From the NCBI RefSeq assembly GCF_964355755.1, contig NC_092672.1:11656001-11720000 (forward strand): a stretch of 64,000 bases of DNA, in the 5' to 3' direction. Source of the stretch: Antedon mediterranea. Its lineage: Eukaryota > Animalia > Echinodermata. Positions 1 through 13,050 of this stretch are shown here, piece by piece (the first letter of the stretch is position 1; the number at the start of each line of letters is the position of its first letter). Under the pieces are notes generated by a model, which did no database searches, was not told the DNA's origin, and was given only the letters and a program-made list of their open reading frames with translations. The position numbers were made by a program, and so were the translations under genes.

Positions 1-438
1 GAATATCAACAATAACATTCGTCGCGAAGTAAAAGATTTGTCATTTGGAATGTTTAAATGATATATGTATCTATTAATACAACCATACCATCTATCAAAT
101 ATAGAGACCAGTACCAGTATGACTAAACTTCAAATAATTACTATAAATCTTTCGATAGGTAATGTTATGCATATTATAATGTTGTTACTTTCTCTTTACT
201 CTGGTTTCTATGAATCATGGAATGAAATTAAAAGTAGAATAGGCCTATAATAAGTATTGTTAAAAAATCCGGCTCTATAGCTTTGAGGACATGACCCTGT
301 AGTATACCTATGCCAAATCCCAGCTCAATACTACAACGAATAAGGGAGGAGTAGTACTTTATAAATCGCAGTTGTTTCGATTGGTACCATGTTTATGACG
401 TCATAATTCTGCATCCGGTTGAATGAAGTACGAACATT

Positions 439-1286
439 TTTAGTCGCGTGGAAGCGACTCTATAGTTCACTAAGTCGGTCGGTCGGTCTGTCTGTCTGTC
501 TGTCTGTCGGTCTGTCTGTCGGTCTGTCTGTCGGTCTGTCTGTCGGTCTGTCTGTCTGTCTGTCTGTCGGTCCGGTATCACTATGCGTTTTATCGCTTTA
601 TGACCTTATCTTGATATCAGTTTAATCTAGCTAAGTCAATTTTTCACAGAATATTCCTTATGGCCAGGAATCGATGTGGTTATGTTTTCACGGTGCGCAA
701 TAAAAAATTACGCGGTCTACGCACGATTTAACGAAATCACGTTTGTAATCATATCTTAACAACCATGAATCACAATTAAATAAAATTTGGTACTCATAAA
801 TTTCAGGGCATAAATCATCATATGGCAATACAATTACGTGCGTAGCGCATGTAACGCATGCGTACGCGCGCTTAAAATTGTCAAAATTTATTTTCGATGA
901 AATAAGAGTACGTTTCAGGCAATTTTAAGCGTTTACAAAATTGCCATGAGTGCGCAGATTTTTGCGCGCGCACTGCGCGTTAAATGTTATTGCGCACACT
1001 TTTTGCCCGATTTCTGTTTTCTTGACTTAATTTTCAACTCGAAATTACGTTATACGAGCACGTCAAATGTGACAGGCTACGCACGTGTAAATTTAAAAAA
1101 TATAAATGTTTTTAAACATTTCAACATTTTTAAACATGTTTAGTAATTTCGGTCAGTATAGTTCACTATGTCGGTCGGTCCGTCCGTCTGTCTGTCGGTC
1201 TGTCTGTCTGTCTGTCGGTCTGTTTGTCTGTCGGTCCGGTATCGCTATGCATTGTAGCACGCGACTTAATGGCTGTTGGCCTTGTT
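439..1286 (+). mobile_element. Non-autonomous Helentron/DINE-1-like element (HINE family A)
   Basis: 5' tttAGTCGCGTGgaagCGACT inverted repeat, (GTCT/GTCG)n microsatellite, 3' subTIR CACGCGACT + short hairpin + TTGTT. Inserted in a T-run; the empty site is visible in the duplicate at ~7455-7465. Confidence 0.8.
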
Positions 1287-2269
1287 TCTCTATAGCTTTG
1301 TTCACCTATTATGCATGCCATGTTTCAGAGCCGTCAGACGACGCGTAAAGAACTAGTAGGACTTGAAATTTGGCTCAATAGTGTCAAGATGGAAGAGGAG
1401 GAAGAGGAAGAGGAAGAGAAGATGAGCGAGCCCTATACTCGGGTACCCCGCCCTGAGTCAAAACAGCCATTCTGCGATGAGAGTCACAAAGGAACAGAAT
1501 TTAAACCATTCAGAATAAAATTTGATCAAAGCAAGTCCGTCAATGTAAACAGACGAGTAACCCACCATATTGTGATATGATGCACGTATCGTAATTAGAA
1601 ATTAGAAAGGGATTTAGGTTAGTTGAATACTGTGGTGCAAAAGCAGTGATTGACTTGGCAAAAGATATTATCAGAAATTTATAAAATTGTAATTTTCTTG
1701 ATTGGTTTTGTTTTTAGTATAATATACAATGCAAAGCATGGATTAACATATTATATAAATACAACCTATTCTTCTCCCATATTACTACTTCATTTCTTTC
1801 TTTTTTTTTTCGATAAAAATAGTTTATCTTGTAGTTGTGCAGTTTTCAATAGTTTAAAATAAAAAGATAATTTCCTCAAAGGAAAAATGAAATAACAATA
1901 CACATTTTCAAATTTAATCTCTTCCCGACGATTAGTTTCCAGAAATTTATCAAATTGTGGTAATTTTTAAGGTGTGGTTTTAGTTGATTTCTGTAAAATC
2001 AATTGATTTGAATACAATACTTGCTTCCTTGTTTCGTTTTTAGAATTATGAAAAATATTTCCTTATATGGTCATCTACTTTTAGACCAGCACTTGGTAAA
2101 CTATTTAAAATTATAGTAGAAGGTTGTAGTTATCTCTATACTTATTTTAAAAATAAATTTGATATTGAAAATGTGTGTAGTTGATCGCTTTCTTGTAGAT
2201 GCTTTATTGTAGAATGTAATTTTTTTGTTTATTTAAAAGGTACAATCATATTGCTCTGTCGCTTTGGCT

Positions 2270-2356
2270 CTATGAACTATTGTTTAGCATATTAATTATT
2301 GTAGGGATGGGTGAATTTTTAAATCTTTCGGTTCTCGGTTTGTATTTTTGAACAAG
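2270..2356 (-). mobile_element. 3' end of a 5'-truncated LINE ORF (second copy at 8449-8535)
   Basis: Minus-strand translation LVQKYKPRTERFKNSPIPTIINMLNNSS-stop matches the RTxRFKNSxIP C-terminus typical of CR1/L2/Rex-group RT ORFs. Confidence 0.6.
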
Positions 2357-2589
2357 AACAATTAAAGACAGTTTTTGAGACCGACATTAATACCCGTAGT
2401 CAACAATCAATGTAACCAATGAACGCCTGCTATTTGTCTATAATCAATAAATTGATATTGATAGAAGAGCGCATGCTCAGAATGAAAAGAAATGGTACAT
2501 GTATCTTAAGTTTACTACTACTAAACGACAGTGTGCAGACCGAGCAGGACAGTAAAACATTGAACAATACTGTGTTACACCCTATTAAT

Positions 2590-3255
2590 ATGCTACGCGT
2601 AAAAACCTTAGAAGGTTTGGTTATTATATTTGTCTTAAAATTATCCGTTAAGCTAGCAGATGGAGCGATTTTATATAAAACTCCGAGTGACATCAACGTT
2701 TTTGTTGGCGAGTCATTTAACTTAACTTGTGGAATCACAGATGTAAAGAGCAGTGAAAGTCTTGCTTGGGTCAGAGAGAAAAATGAAGAACTATCCTTCG
2801 TATCTCGTGAGGAGCACACATACTTGCAGTATAGCAGTTACGAAGTATCGTTAATCCCGGATTATACTGTGATTATCACAGATGCGACTTCTTCTTTATC
2901 GGGTGTGTACAGCTGTAGTGTTGCCAATAATACCGGAGGCAACAATTATACTTTTAATAGATTGGCAACTATTACAGTATCTGTGCTAGAATCTGGACGT
3001 ACGACACCTATATCTACTACCATTCAACCTACCCAGGCCACTTCACTGACAACAGAAATATCTCAACCAGCGATGTCGGAGGAAACTACAGAACAGACCA
3101 CTGCATCGGAGATGATAATAATTACAAACGATACACACATGATAGAAACAACACCATCTAGTGAGTTATTAGATCATAATGGAAAAGGGGATATTACCGT
3201 TGGATTGGTATTCATTTCTTGCATTACTTTTCTTGGTATATACATGGCCTACTAA
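2590..3255 (+). CDS. Intronless single Ig V-like domain cell-surface protein, copy 1 (type A): signal peptide, IgV, Ser/Thr-rich stalk, GPI-type C-terminal signal
   Basis: Inside ORF 2419-3255. In-frame ATG 2590 gives a signal peptide MLRVKTLEGLVIIFVLKLSVKLADG. Ig hallmarks: B-strand NLTC, C-strand W (LAWV), F-strand SGVYSC, G-strand LATITVSV. T/S/E/P-rich stalk follows; ends HNGKG + hydrophobic ITVGLVFISCITFLGIYMAY-stop with no cytoplasmic tail; AATAAA at ~3291. Confidence 0.85.
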   Translation: MLRVKTLEGLVIIFVLKLSVKLADGAILYKTPSDINVFVGESFNLTCGITDVKSSESLAWVREKNEELSFVSREEHTYLQYSSYEVSLIPDYTVIITDATSSLSGVYSCSVANNTGGNNYTFNRLATITVSVLESGRTTPISTTIQPTQATSLTTEISQPAMSEETTEQTTASEMIIITNDTHMIETTPSSELLDHNGKGDITVGLVFISCITFLGIYMAY

Positions 3256-4504
3256 AGAGATTTGATTCGTAAAAACAATCTCCATCTGAAAATAAAACTG
3301 CAATGGATTTACTAAAAAAATACACTAGCAAAAGTTAAGGTTTGAATGCAATTTTGACAACCAATACTTGATAAATGCTATGGGATTCATTTTTATTATG
3401 ACATTGCTTGGCTTAATAACAACCGATATCTCGCGAACATAGGACAAGAATATCAACAATAACATTCGTCGCGAAGTAAAAGATTCGTCATTTGGAATGT
3501 TTTGTTTGCAAATTATATATTTATCTTTTGCTACTCGGAGACTGCGGCAATTAACAAACTCATAGAATAATAAATAAAGACGCATACAACATAAGTTCTG
3601 GCTTAAATAGTTTAATTAGTAAATGAACATTCACCCATGTAAAACTGCACATAAAAGTCTTACAGACTTAAATATAAGTTATATAGTAATTTTTTCCAAT
3701 TCTAAGTAAGCACAACAGGGATATCTATTAATACAACCATACCATCTATCAATTATAGAAATCATTACCAGTATGACTAAACGTATTATAATTATTATAT
3801 TTCTTTCGATAGGTAATGTTATTCATATTTTAATGTTGTTACATGTTTCTCTTTAGTCTGGTTTCTCTGAATCATGCATACATTGAAATGAAATTAAAAG
3901 TAGAATATAATAAATACTGTAAAATAAAAGTGAATGCAAAGTCTTATGACAAGTAAGGTAGCTTTATGTTTTCAATCATTACAATTTGGCGAAGGTGGAT
4001 TTCAACTGTAGTCGTCACTGAAAAAAAACCAACTTGTTTGCCTTATGCTTTGGAGGATGAACTGTTACCAATCTATTTGTAAAACATTTGTAAATTCGTT
4101 ATATTTGGTAATTGTAATACTGTTTTATGATCATCTAAATTTTCATAATGACATAATTATTATTTAATAACTTTCATGTCTTAAACATATGAAGATAAAT
4201 TATTTTGTACTTTTATTTATTGTCGAAATCACCGTACAGGTGTGTCGTCAGAGGTTTGATGTTTTCAGTTTCTTAGCAGGTTATTGTAAAATGTAGAAAC
4301 AAATTAATAGTAAGGATTTCCATCAAATTTAAACCTTTTTATACGTTAAGTTGAAACTATTCCTTAAGTTGAGACATTCTCAAGACATCATGTACCGCCA
4401 ACTTCACTTTACTAGTGTTTACTTTGTTTATCTTTGACCAATAATATTGTAGCCTATTTTTTATTTTATATAATATAGTTTCAAACACTTTGTTTATTGT
4501 AAGA

Positions 4505-4719
4505 CCAAGGCAATCTAACAACATGATGCATGAGCTATGTTAGATCAAATGTCTCTTCTGTGGTTGCGGCACGATCAGTTCCACGACCTAAACAGAAACT
4601 GAAAAACAATGTACTTTGTACTGTAAATCGCAACTAGTATAAACTTGTCGCAGCCAATCTAATATCATGTTACAACGTTGGCAAGGTGAGCTAAGCATCA
4701 TGTTGTTAGATTGTCTTGG
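4505..4719. mobile_element. Palindromic MITE (copies at 10013-10236 and partial at 6013-6115)
   Basis: TIR accaaggcaatctaacaacatgatgc ... gcatcatgttgttagattgtcttggt. Confidence 0.65.
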
Positions 4720-5809
4720 TAATTAAGACCCATTTTCACTAAATTGTATTCTTTTTATAGGATAGAGAGAAACTGTTCATCACTTTGAATTTATATGAAA
4801 TCTCTAAAATGATGTGGTCAAATTGGGTAGTCTTTTAATCTAAAAAAAAAAAAAAACCATATTTAAAACATTGGAGGCTTAGGCCTATATTGTGTATTAT
4901 TAGTGAGAAGACTTTAATCAGGAAGGTCGTCACAAACCACAACTTTAGCAATGTTAAAGCTGATATTTGTTAATACATTATTTCAATAAATAACCGAAAA
5001 TATTGCAATTGTTATTTTATTGGGTAATACTACCAGTAGTTAATTAAATTTCAATTATAATAAAAGTAGTAATAAAGAAAAGTATCTGCTTCATAATAAT
5101 GTATAAGTTACGATTATTCATGAGATAGGTGGACACAATGCAAACACATATTTGTTGAAATAACTGTCGCAGAGGAATACTATCTGCACAAATGTAGATT
5201 TGATAATGTTATAGCTTTATAGCACGACGATTTCGTTGCTGGGTTTTCTTAAATCATACTTTCTTGTTTAATGTTTTCGACGGAGTATTTGTAATAAAAA
5301 CAGATTTAGCGCACTTTTGTGGTGGCTATTATATATATTACAAATCGGGCAAACAGACAAAAACGAATTCATGGTCTCTTGAACAATAATAATATAAATA
5401 CAGATACGTTTTAGAAGCTCGAATTGACACGATGAATTAAAGTTTCCGAGAACCATTATAACGTGTCAAACTTATCAGAGAATTTGCCCGCCTCTCTAGA
5501 AATAAACAATCTTTTCTTCTGAAAACCCGAACAAACTAAATTCTGCCTGCAAAAAGTATAGAAGGATGATAAAAGATAACTCCTCCCCCACCCCCCCCCC
5601 AAAAAAAACACACAAATATGTCCATTTTAGTCCATTGATAGGGTTAATACTTTCATTCTTATATATTTGAAAGACGAATTATCACTGTGTTTCGTTAATA
5701 AACTTCATAATTGGCTTGTTCAAACCATTCCTCCATGTTCAAACCTGCAGGCATCCATATTCTTCCATTTTCTACTGTGATTGACCAACCAAACTCACCA
5801 AAGCTTTCT

Positions 5810-5900
5810 TGCAGACCGAGCAGGACGTAAAATATTTTATTATACTGTTTTACACCCTATTAATATGCTACGCTTAAAAAGCTTTGACAGTTTGGTCATA
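5810..5900 (+). pseudogene. 5' remnant of a type-B IgV gene (5' leader plus first ~12 codons)
   Basis: gcagaccgagcaggac...caccctattaatATG(5865) cta cgc tta aaa agc ttt gac agt ttg gtc ata matches the start of copy 3 (KSLYSLV). The upstream 5400-5805 matches 11870-12258, upstream of copy 3. Confidence 0.75.
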
Positions 5901-6944
5901 ATGTATCGCCAACCTCACTTTACTAGTGTTTACTTTGTTTATCTTTAACCAATAATATTGTAGCCTATTTTTTATTTTATATAATAGTTTCAAACACTTT
6001 GTTTATTGTAAGACCAAGGCAATACAACACGATGCATGAGCTCTGTTAAAAAAAAAATGTCACTTCTGTGTGGTTGCGGCACGATCAGTTCCACGCCCCT
6101 AAACAGAAACCGAAAAACATCATCACGTCCCTGTGTTAACCTTTGTTTTGCTTTTTAAAGCTTTACTTCTTTTGTAAGTATAGTATAGAAAATTGTAAGA
6201 AAATTAATCAAAATGGAATGCAAGGTAAATTTACAAAATTCAAAATGCTATACTAGGCTAGGAAATCTATCTATAAAAACAGCCCAAAGTGAAACAAATT
6301 GCAAACAGAGATTTTTTTTTTAAATGGTCACATATGATGAGGAGATCAAAATTTGAGAATCACCTTTGTCACTCATCCCGATGATATGAAAATTAGTCAG
6401 AGAAAGTTTTTTTCACTGATTTATTCAGTTTAATTTATACATTAATATTTGCTCTATTGAGACATATTTACGAAAAAATGACCGGAAGTACAATATCTGA
6501 CCCTCAACCCCATTTTTCAATGTTTGTATACGTAATGCGATTAAAATGTGTGTATGTACTTTGTTTTGCCCTCAAATGACTCTGACACAGGTTTCCTATA
6601 GTCGGCAAAGGACCGCTTTGTAATTCCCAAAATCACATCTTTGTCACACACCTCGAAAGTATGCAAATTAGTAGTACAAATTACATGTCGGCACCGGTAC
6701 ATCTTCTTGCACAAAGAAGTCACACGAGAAGAGCCTAAAGAATCTCCCTTTTAAACACTTAAATACTACTACAGTATGGCACTAGCTTTTAGGTTTAATT
6801 TTTTGAGTAATAAAACCAAGAATATGTTCATTATTCAGACAATCCTATGTGTATTCATAGGAACATACATTGCAAAAAAATACCAGCTTTAAAGAAATTA
6901 GAAGCAAACAAACGATATTCCTGGTGTGCATGCTGTTTAAGTAA

Positions 6945-7636
6945 ACAAGCACGAATGTGCGATACTCGGGGTACAGCAAAAGAAGCTGTAATGACGTCAT
7001 AAGACGGGATGTAACGTGACATACACATCATTAACCTCGCTACCAAATACGGCTATATTCCGAAAAGTTACGTCACATAACCGGAAATGGCATAATTACG
7101 GTAAATAATGAAATCTCAAAGTGATTTTTTGCTATTTACGGGAGCAGTATTATAACAGTATATATTCTTATTCTCCAAGTCAAGACATTTGAAATGACAT
7201 CAAACACGGCTATATTACGACGAAAATCGTTTGGCACCAAGGCACCATCTTCGAGACGTCATATGGCTGCATCCGGTTTGAAATTAAAAAATCCGGCTCT
7301 ATAGCTTTGAGGACATGACCCTGTAGTATACCTATGACAAATCCCAGCTCAATACTACAACGAATAAGGGAGGAGTAATACTTTATAAATCGCACTTGTT
7401 TCGATTGGTACCATGTTTATGACGTCATAATTCTGCATCCGGTTGAAGTACGAACATTTTTTCTCTATAGCTTTGTTCACCTATTATGCATGCCATGTTT
7501 CAAAGCCGACAGACGACGCGTAAAGAACTAGTAGGACTTGAAATTTGGCTCAATAGTTTCAAGATGGAAGAGGAGGAAGAGGAAGAGGAAGAGAAGATGA
7601 GCGAGCCCTATACTCGGGTACCCCGCCCTGAGTCAA
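6945..7636 (-). mobile_element. Second HINE/Helentron-like family with (TCTTCC)n microsatellite (partial copy at ~262-1460, interrupted by family A)
   Basis: Minus strand begins ggcggggtacccgagtatagggctc, then a purine/pyrimidine microsatellite, and ends gtaccccgagtatc + hairpin gcacattcgtgc + ttgtt. Confidence 0.55.
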
Positions 7637-8765
7637 AACAGCCATTCTGCGATGGGAGTGACAAAGGAACAGAATTTAAACCATTCAGAATAAAATTTGA
7701 TCAAAGCAAGTCCGTCAATGTAAACAGACGAGTAACCCACCATATTGTGATATGATGCACGTATCGTAATTAGAAATTAGAAAGTGATTTAGGTTAGTTG
7801 AAGACTGTGGAGCAAAAGCAGTGATTGACTTGGCAAAATATATTATCAGAAATTTATAAAATTGTAATTTTCTTGATTGATTTTGTTTTTAGTATAATAT
7901 ACAATACAATGCAAAGCATGGATTAACATATTATATAAATACAACCTATTCTTCTCCCATATTACTACTTCATTTCTTTCTTTTTTTTTCGATAAAAATA
8001 GTTTATCTTGTAGTTGTGCAGTTTTCAATAGTTTAAAATAAAAAGATAATTTCCTCAAAGGAAAAATGAAATAACAATACACATTTTCAAATTTAATCTC
8101 TTCCCGACGATTAGTTTCCAGAAATTTATCAAATTGTGGTAATTTTTAAGGTGTGGTTTTAGTTGATTTCTGTAAAATCAATTGATTTGAATACAATACT
8201 TGCTTCCTTGTTTCGTTTTGAGAATTATGAAAAATATTTCCTTATATGGTCATCTACTTTTAGACCAGCACTTGGTAAACTATTTAAAATTATAGTAGAA
8301 GGTAGTAGTTATCTCAATACTTATTTTAAAAATAAATTTGATGTTGAAAATGTGTGTAGTTGATCGCTTTCTTGTAGATGCTTTATTTTAGAATGTAATT
8401 TTTTTGTTTATTTAAAAGGTACAATCATATTGCTCTGTCGCTTTGGCTCTATGAACTATTGTTTAGCATATTAATTATTGTAGGGATGGGTGAATTTTTA
8501 AATCTTTCGGTTCTCGGTTTGTATTTTTGAACAAGAACAATTAAAGACAGTTTTTGAGACCGACATTAATACCCGTAGTCAACAATCAATGTAACCAATG
8601 AACGCCTGCTATTTGTCTATAATCAATAAATTGATATTGATAGAAGAGCGCATGCTCAGAATGAAAAGAAATGGTACATGTATCTTAAGTTTACTACTAA
8701 ACGATAGTGTGCAGACCGAGCAGGACAGTAAAACATTGAACAATACTGTGTTACACCCTATTAAT

Positions 8766-9426
8766 ATGCTACGCGTAAAAACCTTAGAAGGTTTGGTTAT
8801 TATATTTGTCTTAAAATTATCCGTTAAGCTAGCAGATGGAGCGAGTTTATATAAAGCTCCGAGTGACATCAATACAACGCGAGTCATTTAACTTAACTTG
8901 TGGAATCACAGATGTAAAGAGCAGTGAAAGTCTTGCTTGGGTCAGAGAGAAAAATGAAGAACTATCCTTCGTATCTCGTGAGGAGCACACATACTTGCAG
9001 TATAGCAGTTACGAAGTATCGTTAATCCCGGATTATACTGTGATTATCACAGATGCGACTTCTTCTTTATCGGGTGTGTACAGCTGTAGTGTTGCCAATA
9101 ATACCGGAGGCAACAATTATACTTTTAATAGATTGGCAACTATTACAGTATCTGTGCTAGAATCTGGACGTACGACAACTATATCTACTACCATTCAACC
9201 TATCCAGGCCACTTCACTGACAACAGAAATATCTCAACCAGCGATGTCGGAGGAAACTACAGAACAGACCACTGCATCGGATACGAAAATGATTACAAAC
9301 GATACACACATGATAGAAACAACACCATCTAGTGAGTTATTAGATCATAATGGAAAAGGAGATATTACCGTTGGATTGGTATTCATTACTTGCATTACTT
9401 TTATTGGTATATACATGGCCTACTAA
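8766..9426 (+). pseudogene. Frameshifted copy 2 (type A) of the IgV-mucin-GPI gene
   Basis: Near-identical to copy 1 (offset ~6.18 kb). At ~8871-8880, cgtttttgttg (11 nt) is replaced by tacaac (6 nt), net -5 nt, splitting the gene into ORFs 8598-8891 and 8836-9426. Confidence 0.8.
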
Positions 9427-12400
9427 AGAGATTTAATTCGTAAAAACAATCTCCATCTGAAAATAAAACTGCAATGGATTTACTAAAAAAATACACTAGC
9501 AAAAGTTAAGGTTTGAATGCAATTTTGACAACCAATACTTGATAAATGCTATGGGATTCATTTATATTATGACATTGCTTGGCTTTTTTTCTCTCTTTCG
9601 TGGGGGTCACCCACATTTATTCATTCCATTTACAAATATATATTATATAATAAACATACATTTTTGTAAAAATATAAAAACAATAAAATTCAATATAGTA
9701 GTTAAAAAGGCACTATATCATACATGTACATAAAATCAATGGAGTAAAAGTATGCTTTAAAAACGTATATTTTATGTTTATTCAAGTTATAGTAAAAGTA
9801 CGACTTTATCATTTAAATTCACTTTATTAAGAAATGTATTAAAAAGAAGCTGTTTCTTTTTATTATATTTTATATCAGTACTCACAATTTGTATTTGCTT
9901 GGATTTTTAACAACCGATATCGCCAACCTCACTTTACTAGTGTTTACTTTGTCTATCTACATTGTAGCCTATTTTTTATTTTATAGTTTCAAATACTTTG
10001 TTTATTGTAAGACCAAGGCAATCTAACAACATGATGCATGAGCTCTGTTAAACACAAAATGTCTCTTCTGTGGTTGCGGCACGATCAGTTCCACGACCCT
10101 AAACAGAAACTTGGTACTGTAAAATAGAAACTTGGTACTGTAAATCGCAACTAGTATCCGAACTTGTCTCAGCCAATCTAAGAGCAAAGGTCTGTTTCAA
10201 CGTTAGTCAAGCATCATGTTGTTTGATTTCCTTGGTAATAAGACCCATTTTCACTAACTTGTATTCTTTTTAACTATTCATCACGTCTTTGTGTTAACCT
10301 TTGTTTTGCCTTTTAAACCTTTACTTCTTTTGTAAGTATAATATAAAAAAATGTAAGAAAATTAATCAAAAAGGAATATAAGGTAAATTTACAAAATTCA
10401 AAATGCTATACCATTGAGGAAGTTGATCAAATTGTATTCTTTTAAACTATTCATCACGTCTTTGTGTTAAAATTTGATTTGCTTTTTAAACCTTTACTTC
10501 TTTTGTAATAGTATAGAAAAATGTAAGAAAATTAATAAAAAAATAGGAAGCAAAGGTAAATTTACAAAATTCAACATGCCATATATAATACTACTCAGAT
10601 GAAGTTGATCCAATATGTAGTCTTTTAATATATAGATTTTAGAGCCATATTTAAAACATAGGAGGCTTAGGCTTAGGTATTTATGTATTAGTGAGAAGAG
10701 TTTAATCAGGAAGGTTGTCACAAACCACAACTTTAGCAATAATCAATGTTAAAGCTGATATTTTGTTAATATATTATTTCAATAAATAACCGAAAATATT
10801 GCAATTGTTTTTTTATTGAGTAATATGTACCGGTTTATTTAAATTTCAATATAAAAAAGTAGTAATAAAGAAAACTATCTGCCTCATAATAATGTATAAG
10901 TTACGATTAATCATGAGATAGGTGGACACAATGCAAACACATATTTGTTGAAATAACTGTCGCAGAGGAATACCATCTGCACAAAACGTAGATTTGATAA
11001 TGTCATACGTGGTGGTCGCTACTGTTTAGTTATGCTTTTGAATACCTCCGTTTATGGGGTTGTGTTTGCGACCGATTTCGATTTTCAAGGGCAAGATCAA
11101 ATACGATGTCAAGTTCAAAATAAATATTGAAAACAATATTCAAACAAGAAATATTTCTTACAAAAAACACCGCTCGACATTTCAAAATTAATCATTGTTC
11201 TTTTGATTAATTAATTAATTTATTCGCAAAGATACATACACATCACAGATAGTTTTTTAATTATGAATCACATGCCCATTTTTTTACTAGTTAATTGTAT
11301 ACACAGCATTTGAAAGAAGACATGTGTACCTTTCCAACAATGCATTATTTTCCAACAAATATTAATTTACTAATTCAAAAATGGCATTTAAATATGGTCA
11401 ATTTTGAACTTTAATATGCAGTAGCCTGTTTGTCTGTGACCTCAACCTAAACTGTAGGCATGCAACTGAATACCCTCTAGAGACTACGTGACTTCAAGCT
11501 GGTACAAGCAGGGAGTTCTTATTTTACAACTCCCTGGTACAAGTGGAAATTCTTCTACAATCTGTTGAGTATGCATTTTAGCAAAGACGTCAGTCTCTAG
11601 TACTATAACTGCTGCTTGCTTTCAGCTTATTAATGAGTCATCTCTTGTGACGTAGCGGGCTTAGCAGCAGCGTGAAATTAACAAACTTTGAAGCAAGTCT
11701 CCAAGAAGGGAAGCTATAATATACATATCCATTACACCAAACTCGCGTTCATTTTTTATGTGGGCGGAAGTATGGTCCTTCGGAATTCCCAATATAGTTA
11801 ACATGTTTTTGTCACTCAATACACTCAAACCTACCTACCCTCTTCCCTGATTCATACCCATCACCAGATACAGTTTAGAAGCTCGAATTGACACGATGAA
11901 TTAATGTTTCAGAGAACCACGTGTCAAACCTATCAGAGAATATGACCGTACCTAATAAACAATCTTTTCTTCTGAAAACCCGAACAAACTAAATTTGCAG
12001 GCAAAAAGTATAGAAGGATGATAACAAAAAATACCTCCCACCCACAAAAAAAACCCCCAAAAAACACAAAAATATCCATTTTAGTCCATTGATAGGGTTA
12101 ATACTTTCATTCTTATTTTGAAAGACGAATTATCACCGTCATTCATTAATCAACTTAACAATTGACTTGTTCAAACCATTCCTCCATGTTCAAGCCTGCA
12201 GGCATCCATATTCTTCCTTTTCTGCCGTGAGTGACCAACCACACTCTCGACAAAGCTTGGTTGTGTATCAATTATTCACTCATCTATCTCCATTAAACAG
12301 AACAAGCCTAAAGACGGTAAAAGATATTTAATAGATTAATCTTGATTGAATAAAATTGTTCTTATTTTTTGAATTTTGATTTACTTTCACATTATATAAT

Positions 12401-13050
12401 GAGTTATAACAGTTTAATTTTCACGATGATAACACAAGACAACGTATGACATGTTTTTACTCTGAAAATATTTGAAAGTGAATGAACATCCTATAAAGTG
12501 TTTGGATTGAAAAATTAGGTAAATCTGATTGAAAAAACTTAGCTTAAAACATCTGTGGCCTCCGTTTCTTAATATTAAAGAAGCAAGTGCGTAGGCCATG
12601 TGTCAATTCAAATTTCTTATGTTTTCAATTTACCTAAAAACAGGAACAATTAAAGACAATGTCTTTGTATTCGATTTTCCTGTTTTTGTATCTTTTTTTC
12701 TTTACCGATAACATCGAGTAGGCGTGATTTACGAACATCCGGTTGTTCCATACTCAGTACCGTAATACATCAAACACAAAACATAAAAAAATATACTGGT
12801 GTAACAATTTAATACAAATAATAAGGCGCCGACAGTTTTTAAGACCGACATTAATACCCTTAGTCAACAATCAATGTAACCAATGAACGCCTGCTATTTG
12901 CCTATAATCAATAAATTAATATTGATAGAAGAGCGCATGCTCAGAATGAAAAGAAATGGTACATGCACATTAATTTTACTACTAAACGACAGTGTGCAGA
13001 CCGAGCAAGACAGTAAAACATTGAACAATACTGTGTTACACCCTATTAAT

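Noticed and set aside
393-1348. ORFs with DRQT/SVGL repeats (also 46768-46992)
   Set aside because: Translations of the GTCT/GTCG microsatellite in HINE elements.
1311-1580. Duplicated 89-aa ORF with poly-Glu (also 7486-7755)
   Set aside because: The poly-Glu is the (GAAGAG)n microsatellite of a minus-strand HINE-like element; conservation is explained by the recent segmental duplication.
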